Shown: piece after piece, positions 9,696 to 22,497 of the stretch
Numbering within the stretch: the stretch's first letter is position 1
Layout: each line of letters opens with the position of its first letter
The notes under the pieces: generated by a model
Told to the model about the DNA's origin: nothing
The model's input: the letters and a program-made list of their open reading frames with translations, nothing else
The model's database searches: none
Assembly: GCA_021819135.1 (NCBI GenBank)
Contig: JAKASE010000001.1
Span: 75,375 to 139,374 of the forward strand
Length of the DNA stretch: 64,000 bases
Origin: Thermoplasmata archaeon
GTDB lineage: Archaea; Thermoplasmatota; Thermoplasmata; Lutacidiplasmatales; UBA184
Direction: 5' to 3'
Position numbers and translations under genes: made by a program

Positions 9696-10658
9696 TCAGC
9701 GACGACGAGGGCGGGGGCGCGGGCGGGCGACCGCCCACTCGAGGATCGCCTTCTGGGCGTGCAGCCGGTTCTCCGCCTGGTCCCAGACGGCCGCGCGCGG
9801 CCCGTCGAGGACCGCGTCCGTGATCTCCTGGCCCCGGTGGGCCGGGAGGTCGTGGAGAACGAACGCTGTGGGCCGGGCGAGCCCGACCAGCTCGTCGTTC
9901 ACCTGATAGCCCCGGAACGCGGCCTCCCGCGCCGCCGCCTCCGCCTCGTCGCCCATCGAGACCCAGACATCGGTGTAGATGGCATCGGCATCCCGGACCG
10001 CCTCGCGCGGGTCCCGCCCGAGCACGATCGTTGCGCGCGTTCGTTGGGCGAGCGCCCGCGCGGCCTCGAGGACCTCGGGATGGGGATCGTACCCTGCCGG
10101 GACCGCCGCGGCCAGGTCGAGACCGACCGCGGCGGCGCCGAGGAGGAGCGAGTGGAAGACGTTGTTGCCGTCCCCGACCCACGCGAGCCGGCGACCCCGG
10201 AAGCGGCCCCGCCAGCGCTCGTGCATCGTGAGCAGGTCGGCCGCGATCTGGCAGGGGTGCTCGAGGTCATCGAGCGCGTTGATCACGGGGACGGTCGACC
10301 ACTTCGCGAGCTCCGCCATGTCGACGTGACGGTAGGCCCGGTACGTGATCGCATCCACGAATCGGGAGAGGACGCGGGCGGTGTCGGCGATCGTCTCCCC
10401 GCGCCCGAGCTGGAGGTCCTTCGTGGAGAGGTAGAGCGACTGCCCGCCGAGATCGTTCATCGCGACCTCGAACGACGTGCGCGTCCGCGTCGAGGGCTTC
10501 TCGAAGATCATGGCGAGGTTCTTCCCGCGCAGGGTCGGGCGGAGGATCCCCCGGCGACGTTCCGACTTCAGGCGGGCGGCGCGCGCGAGGAGGTCCGGCA
10601 GCTCGGGGGCGATGTCCCGGATCGAGAGGACGTCCCGCTTCGGAGGGGGGCCGGTCAT
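9696..10658 (-). CDS. argF: ornithine carbamoyltransferase
   Basis: STRTRTSFE carbamoyl-phosphate motif, HPCQ and HDLPAHRGQE (HCLP-like) motifs; 320 aa. Confidence 0.9.
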   Translation of the reverse strand: MTGPPPKRDVLSIRDIAPELPDLLARAARLKSERRRGILRPTLRGKNLAMIFEKPSTRTRTSFEVAMNDLGGQSLYLSTKDLQLGRGETIADTARVLSRFVDAITYRAYRHVDMAELAKWSTVPVINALDDLEHPCQIAADLLTMHERWRGRFRGRRLAWVGDGNNVFHSLLLGAAAVGLDLAAAVPAGYDPHPEVLEAARALAQRTRATIVLGRDPREAVRDADAIYTDVWVSMGDEAEAAAREAAFRGYQVNDELVGLARPTAFVLHDLPAHRGQEITDAVLDGPRAAVWDQAENRLHAQKAILEWAVARPRPRPRRR

Positions 10659-10862
10659 GGGCTCGGAACAGAGCCGTGCGGCAAAACGGTTCCTCCGCCC
10701 GCGCCGGACCGGTCGGCTCCGCGGAGAGCGTTATGAACGGGTCCCGGTTGGGGCGCCCGAGGGATCCTTGTGCCGGCCCGTCGAACTCGTCGCAGTGCGC
10801 CTCGCAAGACCGCCCGTCCCACCCGTGCGCCGACCCCGACCTCCCGCGGACGACGCGTGTAC

Positions 10863-12197
10863 ATGGTCGCCGGTGGCGTGACCAAGTTCGCGAAGGCCCA
10901 CCCGGCGATGGACTTCCGGCTGATGGTGAAGCGCGCGTACGACTACGCGCTCAAGGACGTGCCCAACCTCACGAGCGACCGGATCGACGGGAGCCGGATC
11001 TCCTACTTCTCCGACCACTTCACGCGGCAGCTCAAGGCCGCGAGCATGGTCCAGGACTACCTCGGCCTCAACCCGAAGGGCTCGGTCCGCATCGAATGGG
11101 GGGGCGCGACCGGCGGGGAGTGCTTCCAGGCGGCCTACGAGGCCGTCGCGAGCGGGAGGATGGACGTCTGCCTCGCCGCCGGGTTCGAGACGATGAGCCG
11201 GGTGGCGACGTGGAAGGGGAACGAGTTCATCGCGCTCGCCTCCGACACGAACTTCGACTTTCCGCTCGGGGGCTTCTACACCGGCTACTACGCCCTGATG
11301 GTGGTCCGGCACATCTACGAGTACCTCCGGCTGCGGAAGTTCGCCGACGTCAAGGACGAGCGGGAGGCCCAGCGCCTCGCGATCGCCGAGGGCTCCCGCA
11401 TCATGGCGAAGGTGTCCGTCAAGAACCACCTCAACGCGCTCCACAACCCGTACGCCCAGTACCCGAAGCGGCTCACGGTCGACGACGTCCTCCATTCCGA
11501 GATGATCAGCTACCCGCTGACGCGCGAGCAGATCTGCACGATGAGCGACGGGGCGGCCGTCGCGGTCCTGTGCACCGAGGAGCGGGCCAAGGAGCTCACC
11601 GATCGGCCGGTGCGGATCACCGGCGTCGGCTGCGGGACCGACACGATGCGTCTCGCGGACCGGCCGTTCGGTTCCGTCCCGCTTCTCCCGCACGAGCGGG
11701 CGCGGGACTACGAGGACCTTCCGTACCCGGGCATCCACTCGTTCCGCGCCGGGCGTTCGGCCGGCATCGAGGCCTATCGCATGGCCGGCATCACGAAGCC
11801 GGCCGAGGAGCTCGACTTCATCGAGCTCCACGACGCCTACGCGTCGAGCGAGATCCAGACGTACGAGGACCTCGGCCTCTGCAAGTACGGCGAGGGCTAC
11901 GACTTCGTCGAGCGGGGCGACCCGTTCCTCAAGGAGATCGACTACGGCTTCCCGACGCCCAAGGCGGGAGCGATACCGGTCAACCCCTCGGGGGGGCTGA
12001 TCGCCTGCGGCCACCCGGTCGGGGCGACCGGGCTCATGCAGGGGGTCTTCGCGTTCTGGCAGCTCCAGGGGACGATCCCGAAGCACTTCCGGGACCCCGC
12101 CCTGCAGCTCGACCGCCCCCGCCGCGGGGCGATCCACAGCCACGCGGGGACCGGCTCGAGCGTGACCGTGTCGGTCCTCGAACGGGGGTTCCGATGA
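10863..12197 (+). CDS. archaeal thiolase (acetyl-CoA C-acetyltransferase, SCP-x-type)
   Basis: 444 aa from ATG 10863; MVAGGVTKF N-terminus and thiolase fold sequence with GHPVGATG near C-terminus. Confidence 0.85.
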   Translation: MVAGGVTKFAKAHPAMDFRLMVKRAYDYALKDVPNLTSDRIDGSRISYFSDHFTRQLKAASMVQDYLGLNPKGSVRIEWGGATGGECFQAAYEAVASGRMDVCLAAGFETMSRVATWKGNEFIALASDTNFDFPLGGFYTGYYALMVVRHIYEYLRLRKFADVKDEREAQRLAIAEGSRIMAKVSVKNHLNALHNPYAQYPKRLTVDDVLHSEMISYPLTREQICTMSDGAAVAVLCTEERAKELTDRPVRITGVGCGTDTMRLADRPFGSVPLLPHERARDYEDLPYPGIHSFRAGRSAGIEAYRMAGITKPAEELDFIELHDAYASSEIQTYEDLGLCKYGEGYDFVERGDPFLKEIDYGFPTPKAGAIPVNPSGGLIACGHPVGATGLMQGVFAFWQLQGTIPKHFRDPALQLDRPRRGAIHSHAGTGSSVTVSVLERGFR

Positions 12198-12730
12198 GCG
12201 TCCGTCCCCCGACCTTCGTGAAGTTCCGTGACGTCCAGGCGGAGCTCGAACGGAGCGGCGCCGCGATCTTCCGCGACGCGGACGGGGTCGAGAGCCTGGT
12301 GATCCGGAACCCGTACGCGATCTCGTACATCCACAGCTACGCGGAGGACACCCCGTTCTTCCTCGGGCTCACCGAAGGCCGGCTGCGAGGCTCGAAGTGC
12401 CGGAAGCCGAAGTGCGGGTTCGTCTACGCCACCCCCCGGAGCCACTGCATGGTCTGCGGGGCACCGACCGAGTGGATCGACCTGCCGACCCGGGGGCGCG
12501 TCCACTCCTTCACGACCTGCCATTTCGGCAGCGAGGCGTTCCTGAAGGAGACACCGTACAACCTCGCGATGGTGGAGTTCGACGGGGTGGGGAGCCTGCT
12601 CCTCGTGCGTCTCAAGGACTGCGTCGAGTCCGACCTCTACGTCGGGATGCCGGTCGAGGCCCGCTTCGATCCGAACCCGAAGTACTCGATCACCGACGTC
12701 TGGTTCGTCCCCGCCCGCCCGAGCCACTAG
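12194..12730 (+). CDS. DUF35 OB-fold/zinc-ribbon protein (thiolase-HMGCS complex scaffold)
   Basis: ATG overlaps thiolase stop (ATGA); CRKPKCGF...CMVCG zinc ribbon followed by OB-fold region; classic thiolase-DUF35 pairing. Confidence 0.8.
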   Translation: MSVRPPTFVKFRDVQAELERSGAAIFRDADGVESLVIRNPYAISYIHSYAEDTPFFLGLTEGRLRGSKCRKPKCGFVYATPRSHCMVCGAPTEWIDLPTRGRVHSFTTCHFGSEAFLKETPYNLAMVEFDGVGSLLLVRLKDCVESDLYVGMPVEARFDPNPKYSITDVWFVPARPSH

Positions 12731-13310
12731 GGGCGGCCGCGGGGGCGGCGCCGGGAGGCGTCGTTCCGACCGTCAGCCCCACCAGCCCGAGGACGTCGGC
12801 CTGCCCGCGGAGGACCTCCTCCGGACGGAGCCGGTCGAGGTCGAGGAACGAGAGCGCCGTCCAAGGGCCCCCGGTGGGAGGGTCGGAGGTGGGCCACCGG
12901 ACCTCGGTCACGAAGTGGAGGTCCCAGTGCGGGTCGCCGCTCGTCTCCCCCGACCGGCGGTACGCCTCCGAGTGGGCCGAGCTGCGCTCGGGCGCGGGAA
13001 GCTCGGCGCCGAGCTGTTCCCGCGCGATCCTCCGGGCGGCGTCCTGGGGAGACTCGAACAGGAGGAGGTGGCTCGAGGGGAGCATCCAGCCGTCCCCGAA
13101 CCGCGCGACCCGGCCCGGATCGAGAGCGCCGACGCGGGCCCAGGGGCCGGCCGGATTCGGGCGACCGAACAGCACGGTGCGCTCGCGTCCCGGAGGCCGG
13201 ACGACGAGGAACGCCGACAGGCACATCCCCTCGTCGGGAACGACCGAGACCCCCTCTCCCTCGGGAACGGAACCGCGGCGCAGGCGGGCAAACCGTCGCT
13301 CTTCGGGCAT
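12690..13310 (-). CDS. NUDIX hydrolase family protein (putative)
   Basis: 206 aa from ATG 13310; Nudix-box-like ESPQDAARRIAREQLG; convergent 41-nt overlap with DUF35 gene end. Confidence 0.5.
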   Translation of the reverse strand: MPEERRFARLRRGSVPEGEGVSVVPDEGMCLSAFLVVRPPGRERTVLFGRPNPAGPWARVGALDPGRVARFGDGWMLPSSHLLLFESPQDAARRIAREQLGAELPAPERSSAHSEAYRRSGETSGDPHWDLHFVTEVRWPTSDPPTGGPWTALSFLDLDRLRPEEVLRGQADVLGLVGLTVGTTPPGAAPAAAPSGSGGRGRTRRR

Positions 13311-13429
13311 GACCGGGGAAAGAGGATGCCCCCCCGATGAACCTTCGCCCCGGAGCCCGCCTCTCCTCGAGGGGTGGATTGGATTCCACCAAAGGAATAA
13401 CACCCCCTTTTTTTGAAGCGGAAGCCGGT

Positions 13430-13972
13430 ATGCGGGATTCGGAATGGTTCGGCGGCGTGGCGATCATCGCCGCCGTCGTGGTGGTTCTTGTGGGCGGGTT
13501 CGCGATCGCGAGCGAGACGAGCGGCGGCTCGTCAGCGCCGTCCTCGGTCGCGGTGAGCTACCTCAACCTCACGATCCAGATCAACCAGACGACCGGTTGG
13601 CCCCAGTACTCCCCCGCCAACTTCTCCGTCCCGTCGGGCGAGGTTCACGTGAAGATCGTCGACCAGGACATCCCGGCCTCTTGGCCCGGGTGCGCGTGCA
13701 ACGTCACCGGAACCCAGGGGAACGTGGAGTCGATCAACGGGAGCGCTCCGGTCTCGCAGGTGAGCTGGACCGCCGTGGCCCACACCTTCACGGTCGCGCG
13801 CCTGGGGATCAACGTGCTGAGCCCGGCGCAGTCGACGGTCACGTTCACGATCTGGCTCAACCAGACCGGCTCCTACGCCTGGCAGTGTGTCGACCCGTGC
13901 GGCGCCGACGGATTCACCGGGGCACCGATGGGCGTGCCCGGGTTCATGGCCGGCACGATGACGGTGTTCTGA
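13430..13972 (+). CDS. membrane-anchored, sequon-rich cupredoxin-domain protein (COX2/CuA-like, second His ligand replaced)
   Basis: N-terminal TM anchor; HTF..LGINV...PAQS..F.....GSYAWQCVDPCGADGF..M parallels CuA pattern H..C.E.CG..H..M; 6 N-x-S/T sequons. Confidence 0.5.
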   Translation: MRDSEWFGGVAIIAAVVVVLVGGFAIASETSGGSSAPSSVAVSYLNLTIQINQTTGWPQYSPANFSVPSGEVHVKIVDQDIPASWPGCACNVTGTQGNVESINGSAPVSQVSWTAVAHTFTVARLGINVLSPAQSTVTFTIWLNQTGSYAWQCVDPCGADGFTGAPMGVPGFMAGTMTVF

Positions 13973-14035
13973 CGGTCCGAGTCGGCCGAAGGGACCGATC
14001 GGAGGTCACCGCCCCCCGAACGGGGGTGGGAGGGA

Positions 14036-14109
14036 TGCCGCGGGCCGGGCTTGAACCGGCGGCTTCAAGATCTTCAGTCTTGCACTCTCCCAAACTGAGT
14101 TACCGCGGC
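14036..14109 (-). tRNA. tRNA-Phe (GAA)
   Basis: 74-nt cloverleaf: acceptor GCCGCGG/CCGCGGC, D-arm, anticodon loop CUGAAGA, T-arm GGTTCAAGCCC; no encoded CCA. Confidence 0.85.
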
Positions 14110-14136
14110 GTCGGGGGACCCCGACCCGAGTCGCAC

Positions 14137-14143
14137 TATAAAG
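14137..14143 (-). promoter_or_regulatory. TATA box (TTTATAG on minus strand) for tRNA-Phe
   Basis: Centred ~31 nt upstream of tRNA 5' end. Confidence 0.45.
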
Positions 14144-14279
14144 GGTGGCTGGGGAGCGGGGAACCGGCCCGAACGGGGCCCCACCGGGGCCGGGGTCGGG
14201 AACCACGGCCCCCGGTCCCTCCCATCGAACGCGCGCGCTCGCGTTCGGGGCGATCTCCCTCAGCCGGCGGGCCCCGCTC

Positions 14280-14287
14280 TTTATCTA
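14280..14287 (+). promoter_or_regulatory. TATA box TTTATCTA for leaderless topA transcript
   Basis: ~30 nt upstream of the GTG (14313) that begins the conserved topo I N-terminus. Confidence 0.45.
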
Positions 14288-14312
14288 CCGACGCCCGCCT
14301 GCTTACGGCGCT

Positions 14313-16787
14313 GTGAGCCGGACCCTCGTCATCACGGAGAAGTTCAACACCGCGCTGCGCATCGCGATCGTCCTCTCGGACGGGCGCATGAAGCGCACCC
14401 GGATCGAAGGGACCCCGGTCTTCGAGTTCGAGCGACCGGACGGTCCGTACTCGGTCGTCGGACTCCGCGGGCACATCGTCGAGCTCGACTACCCGAAGGA
14501 GCTGGCGGAGTGGGCCCTCGAGACGCTCCCGAAGCTGCTCGAGACCCCGCCGCACAAGCGCGTGACCGAGCGCGGGATCGTCGGGGCCCTCCAGCACATC
14601 GTGCGGCAGTTCGACCGGGTGATCATCGCGACCGACTTCGACCGCGAGGGGGAGCTGATCGGCCTCGAGTGCCTCGAGCTCCTCCAGAAGGTCCACCCGA
14701 CGATCGAGGTCGCCCGCGCCCGCTACAGCGCGCTCACGCGCGACGCGATCGAGGAGAGCTTCGCCCACCTCGATCGGCTCGACCGGGCGCTCGCCGAGGC
14801 GGCGGAGGCCCGGCAGGAGATCGACCTCGTCTGGGGGGCGCTCCTGACCCGATACCTCTCCCTGACCGCCGGCCAGCGCGGCCGGAGCTTCCTCTCCGCC
14901 GGTCGGGTCCAGACCCCGACGCTCGCGCTCCTGGTCGAGCGCGACCAGGCGATCAAGGAGTTCGTCCCGACCCCGTTCTACGAGATCTTCGCCACCGCGG
15001 CCCAGGGTTCGGAGGAGTTCCGCCTCTCCCACGCGCACGGGATCTGGGAGAAGAAGGAGGACGCGGAGCGCGTCTTCCACCGGGTCGACCATGCGACCGA
15101 GGGGGTGGTCCGCGAGTTCTCCGAGGAGGAGACCCGGCGGAGGCCGCCGGTCCCGTTCTCCACGACGCTCTTCGTCGCCGAGTCGACGCGGCTCGGCCTG
15201 GGCGCCGCGATGGTGATGCGGATCGCCGAGGACCTCTACACCCAGGGGCTGATCAGCTACCCGCGGACCGACAACACGGTCTACCCCCGCGGTCTCGGGA
15301 TCCGCACCCTCGTCGAGAAGTTCCGGGAAGGACCGTTCGCCGAGGCCGCCGAGTTCGTCCTCGCGCAGCCCTCGTTCCGACCGACCCGGGGCCGGACCGA
15401 GACGACCGACCACCCGCCGATCTACCCCACGGCCGCGGTCGACCCGAAGAAGCTGCGGCCTGACCATGCGAGGGTCTACGAGCTGGTCGTGCGCCGGTTC
15501 CTCGCGACCGTCGCCCCGGACGCGATCGGGTGGGCCCGACGGGCCGCGGTCGAGATCCGGGGCGAACCGTTCGAGGGTCGGGGCCACCGGGTCACCGATC
15601 CCGGCTGGTACCGGGTCTATCCGTACTCGCAGCCGGAGGACGTCCCGATGCCGGTCCTCACGGTCGGAGGGACGGTGGCGATACGGGAGGTCCGACTGGT
15701 CGAGGACCAGACGAAGCCGCCGCGGCGGTACAGCCAGGGGTCGCTCATCCAGGAGATGGAGCGCCTCGGGCTCGGCACGAAGAGCACCCGGCACGACGTC
15801 CTCCAGAAGCTGTTCGACCGGCGATACGTGAGCCAGCGCCTGCTCGAGCCGACGTCGACGGGCATCGCGGTCACGGAGGCCCTCCGGGCCCATGCCCCGG
15901 TGATCACGCGACCCGAAATGACCCACCGGCTCGAGGAGGAGATGGAGCTCGTGGCCGAGTCGAAGAAGGCGAAGGCCGAGGTCCTCGCCGAGTCCCGCGA
16001 CATGCTGCGCGAGGCCCACCAGCTCCTCTCCTCCAACGCCGCGGGGGTCAAGGAGACCCTCACTGGCGCTCTCGACCGCCAGCACTTCGTCGGGCCGTGC
16101 GTGAAATGCGGGGGCGCGCTCCGTCTTGCCCGGAGCCCGCGCGGGGCCCGGTGGGTACAGTGCGTGAACAACCCGGCGTCGTGCACGGCGACCTACGCCC
16201 TGCCGTCGGCGGGGTTCATCGAGCCCGCGCCCGAGTTCCTCTGCGCGACCTGCAAGGTGCCGCGCGTGAAGATCATTTTCCGGGGCCAGCGCCCCGATCT
16301 CTACTGCATCAATCCGGACTGTGCCGAGCACCACAAGGCGTTCCGTATCGGCGTCTGTCCGAACTGCGGCAGCCCTCTCCATATCCGCTACTCGTTCGCC
16401 GGGAAGCGGTTCGTGGGCTGCTCGGGCTACCCGAACTGCCGCGTGACCTACCCGCTCCCGCAGCGCGGGAAGCTCGACAAGGACCACCCGCCCTGCCCGA
16501 TCTGCCGGGCCCCCGTCGTGACGGCGATCGAGGCCGGTCGGCCGCCCTGGACCCTGTGCATCAACCCCGAATGTCCGTCCCGGGCCAAGGGCGAGGCCTC
16601 CGAGGCGGGCGCCGGGAAACCCAAGGCCCGCCGTAAGACGGCCCGCAAGACGCGGAAGGCTCCGGCGGCCGGAACCCGCGCCCCAGCGGGCCGACGCGGC
16701 CGCCCCCGTGCCGGCGCGGACGACGGGAAGGTCCCCTCCGAACGGGACGGCGCCCCGTCTTCGGGAACGGCCTCGAGCTCGCCGTAG
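14313..16787 (+). CDS. topA: DNA topoisomerase I (archaeal type IA) with C-terminal zinc ribbons
   Basis: Toprim N-terminus (TLVITEKFNTALRIA), catalytic Tyr region (GLISYPRTDN), four C-terminal CxxC zinc ribbons; track start 14145 (GTG) replaced by GTG 14313 next to conserved N-terminus. Confidence 0.9.
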   Translation: MSRTLVITEKFNTALRIAIVLSDGRMKRTRIEGTPVFEFERPDGPYSVVGLRGHIVELDYPKELAEWALETLPKLLETPPHKRVTERGIVGALQHIVRQFDRVIIATDFDREGELIGLECLELLQKVHPTIEVARARYSALTRDAIEESFAHLDRLDRALAEAAEARQEIDLVWGALLTRYLSLTAGQRGRSFLSAGRVQTPTLALLVERDQAIKEFVPTPFYEIFATAAQGSEEFRLSHAHGIWEKKEDAERVFHRVDHATEGVVREFSEEETRRRPPVPFSTTLFVAESTRLGLGAAMVMRIAEDLYTQGLISYPRTDNTVYPRGLGIRTLVEKFREGPFAEAAEFVLAQPSFRPTRGRTETTDHPPIYPTAAVDPKKLRPDHARVYELVVRRFLATVAPDAIGWARRAAVEIRGEPFEGRGHRVTDPGWYRVYPYSQPEDVPMPVLTVGGTVAIREVRLVEDQTKPPRRYSQGSLIQEMERLGLGTKSTRHDVLQKLFDRRYVSQRLLEPTSTGIAVTEALRAHAPVITRPEMTHRLEEEMELVAESKKAKAEVLAESRDMLREAHQLLSSNAAGVKETLTGALDRQHFVGPCVKCGGALRLARSPRGARWVQCVNNPASCTATYALPSAGFIEPAPEFLCATCKVPRVKIIFRGQRPDLYCINPDCAEHHKAFRIGVCPNCGSPLHIRYSFAGKRFVGCSGYPNCRVTYPLPQRGKLDKDHPPCPICRAPVVTAIEAGRPPWTLCINPECPSRAKGEASEAGAGKPKARRKTARKTRKAPAAGTRAPAGRRGRPRAGADDGKVPSERDGAPSSGTASSSP

Positions 16788-17140
16788 CGCCGGCGGACCG
16801 CGGAGCCGTCTGGCACGCGCCATCGTGCTAAGAGCTCGCTCCCCCGCCCGGGAACGGAGAACCGTTTCCCGGCCTCTCGCCCCGCGTTAAATACCCGCGA
16901 CCAGTCTTTCGCCCCGATGCTTCCGCGCTCCTGCCGCGCCCCCGAGCCCCACGCCCGAGCGTCCGGGCGACGGCGGGCCTTCGGTCCCGGTCACCGCCGG
17001 CTCTCCCCCCGTTCCTCGAGCCCGGGGTCCGGTCCGACCCGACGCGCGGGCCCCGCCCTCGGAGAGCCAGCCCGAGCCGATCGTGCCGGGGACCCGACCG
17101 AGACCCCGAACCCCCGCCGGCCGGCCTAGATCGGGGTCCC

Positions 17141-19983
<2,843 letters not shown>

Positions 19984-19987
<4 letters not shown>

Positions 19988-21717
19988 CGCGAGAGCCCCC
20001 GCCGCCCACCCTCCCGTCGTTCGTCCCCGCGAGCCAGCTCGCGGCGGCGACGCGCGAGGGGTTCCGACCCGGACCCGACGTCCCCGGCGTCTACCTGTTC
20101 CGCTCGGCGACGGGAGAGGTCGTCTATGTCGGCAAGGCCCGGAGCCTGCGCCGCCGGGTCCTCGACCACCTGCGGGCCCGGATCGAGAAGGACGGGACGA
20201 TCCTCGCCCAGAGCGCGAGCGTCGAGTTCGTCCCGACCCAGAGCGAGCGGGAGGCGCTCCTCCTCGAGGCGAGCCTGGTCAAGCAGTACCAGCCGCCGTA
20301 CAACGTCCTCCTGAAGGACGACAAGAGCTACCCGTACCTCGCGGTCAGCATCGGCGAGGCGGCCCCGCGGGTCTACCTCGTGCGGCGCCCCCGGCGTCGG
20401 GCGGGGGTCCTTCTGTTCGGGCCGTACACGAGCGCGCGCGAGGCCCGCGGGGTCGAGCGGCTCCTCGGCGACCTCTTCCAGCTGCGCCGGTGCGTCCGCC
20501 TCCCGAAGGAGGCGTGCCTGTACTACCACCTCAAGCTGTGCAGCGCGCCGTGCATCGGGGCGATCGGCCCGGACGACTACCGGGCCCGGATCGATCGGGC
20601 GGTCGATCTCTTGCGGGGCAAGACCGCGCTCGTCCGCCCCACGGTCGAGGAGGAGATGCGGAAGGCGGCGGGCCGGGAGGAGTTCGAGCGGGCCGCGCTC
20701 CTCCGCGACGCGCTGGGAGGGCTCGGCGCGCTCCGGGAGCGCCAGTCGGTCGTCGGGCGGGGGAGCGGCCGCGTGGACGTGCTCGCGGTCGCCTTCCCAC
20801 AGGACGCCTCGTCCCTGCGGGTCGCGGTCGGTCTCGTCCGGGTCGAGGACGGGGAGGTCCGGGGGACCGAGCCCCACCTCGTCACGATCCCGCCGGACGA
20901 CGTCCCCGAGCCGGGCGAGGTCCTCCGGCAGTTCCTCTCCCAGTACTACGGCAGCCAGTTCGACCTCCCCGAGCGCATCCTGGTCGCGGGTCCCCGGCCG
21001 GGCGGGCTCGACGCGGCCCTGGACGAGCTCTTCGGCTACCGCGGCATCGACGTCGAGTTCGCTCCGACCGGGCGGTACGCCGGGATCGCCCGGCTCGCCG
21101 AACGCCTCGCCCGGGCGACCGTCGACCAGGTCGTCCCCCGGGCCGCGCCGCGCGAGGTCCTTCTCGCCCTCCAGAGCCTCCTCACCCTCCCGACGATCCC
21201 GAACCGGATCGAGGGGATCGACATCTCGATCTTCCAGGGGGCCGAGGCGGTGGGGTCCCTCGTCGTCTTCGAGCGGGGGACCGCGAAGCGCTCGGAGTAC
21301 CGCCGGTTCCGCATCCGCACGGTGCCGGGGATGAACGACTTCGCCATGGTCGCCGAGGTCGTGCGACGGCGGTACCTCCGGCGGCTGGCCGAAGAGGAGG
21401 TCCTGCCGGACCTGTTGCTCATCGACGGCGGCGCGGGCCAGCTCTCGGCGGCGCTCTCCGCGCTGGCGGCCCTCGGACTCGCCGACCGCGTCCCCGCGAT
21501 CGGGCTCGCGAAGCGGGAGGAGGAGGTCTACGTCGCGGACCGGGCGGAGCCGATGCGTCCGAACCCGAACGCCCCGCCGATGCTCCTCCTGCGCGCGGTC
21601 CGGGACGAGGCGCACCGGTTCGCGGTCACGTACCACCGGACCCGCCGCCGGATGCGGCTGCGCGAGGAGTTCGCGCGGCCGCTCCCGGACCGCGGGGACG
21701 ACGGGGCGTCGGGCTGA
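19984..21717 (+). CDS. uvrC: excinuclease ABC subunit C
   Basis: ATG overlaps uvrA stop (ATGA); GIY-YIG N-terminal domain (GVYLFRSATGEVVYVGKA), UvrBC and RNase H-like/HhH regions. Confidence 0.9.
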
Positions 21718-21744
21718 GCGGCGCGACCGGCGCCTGGCGCGGCC

Positions 21745-22497
21745 TCAGCTCTTCCCGCCGCGGCGCTCCGGGGTCCCGATGAACGGGAGGCCCTGGACAC
21801 GGCGGGCGACCTCGGCGGGGGGCAGACGCCGTAGCTCGGTCTCGGGCTCGAGGATCGCGATGTCGAGGGACTCCGGCGAGAACGGGGTCGGGGAGCCTTC
21901 CGCGACCGCTTGGACCGCCAGCTTGAACGCCGCCTCCTCGCCGAGATGCTCGGGGACCTTCTCCTCGAGGTAATCGGCGACCGCGCGGCGGTTCCTCCCG
22001 ATCGCGTAGGCCTTCCAGCCGATCGTGGCCCCGCTCGGATCGAGCTCGATCAGCCCCGGGGCCCGTCCGGTGAACCCCCCGAGCAGGAGCGAGACCGCGA
22101 ACGGCCGGGTCCCCCCGAACTGGGTGTACTGCTGGAGCAGGGTCCCGAGGGAGTGGCCGAGGAGGGTGTACGGCGCCGCCTCGCCGAAGGTCAGGCGGTG
22201 TCGCTGGGCCTCGACCCTGAGGAACTCGACCAGGACGCGGGAGTCGGCGATCAGCCCGGCCGTCACGCACCCGAGCCCGGCGTCGATCGCGAAGCTCTTC
22301 TCGATCGAGCCGGCGTCCGCGAGCGAGCTCACGGGCAGGTTGCGGTAGGCGACGAACACGATGCCGGCGTCGTACGTCACCGCGACCGCGGTCCCGCCCA
22401 TCTGGATCGCCTGCAGCGCGTACTCCACCTGGAAGAGCCGCCCGTCCGGTGAGAAGACGGTGCTCGCCCGGTCGTAGGCCATCTGCCCCGGTTGCAT
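21745..22497 (-). CDS. psmA: proteasome subunit alpha
   Basis: Start set at MQPGQMAYDRASTVFSPDGRLFQVEYA (alternative ATG 6 nt upstream at 22503); near-identical N-terminus to Thermoplasma PsmA. Confidence 0.9.
   Translation of the reverse strand: MQPGQMAYDRASTVFSPDGRLFQVEYALQAIQMGGTAVAVTYDAGIVFVAYRNLPVSSLADAGSIEKSFAIDAGLGCVTAGLIADSRVLVEFLRVEAQRHRLTFGEAAPYTLLGHSLGTLLQQYTQFGGTRPFAVSLLLGGFTGRAPGLIELDPSGATIGWKAYAIGRNRRAVADYLEEKVPEHLGEEAAFKLAVQAVAEGSPTPFSPESLDIAILEPETELRRLPPAEVARRVQGLPFIGTPERRGGKS

Noticed and set aside
10676-12730. 684-aa ORF
   Set aside because: Only the last 178 codons (DUF35, from ATG 12194) are genuine. The upstream part is an out-of-frame read-through of the thiolase gene.
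14145-14312. Track start (GTG 14145) for topA
   Set aside because: The conserved Toprim N-terminus begins at GTG 14313, which has a TATA box 30 nt upstream. The 56 upstream codons are G/P-rich and overlap the tRNA-Phe promoter.
16917-17129. 70-aa ORF starting 27 nt after a TTAAATA element upstream of uvrA
   Set aside because: The ORF is entirely Arg/Pro/Gly-rich low complexity and is unlikely to be a protein. The TATA-like element may still belong to the uvrA promoter with a long leader.
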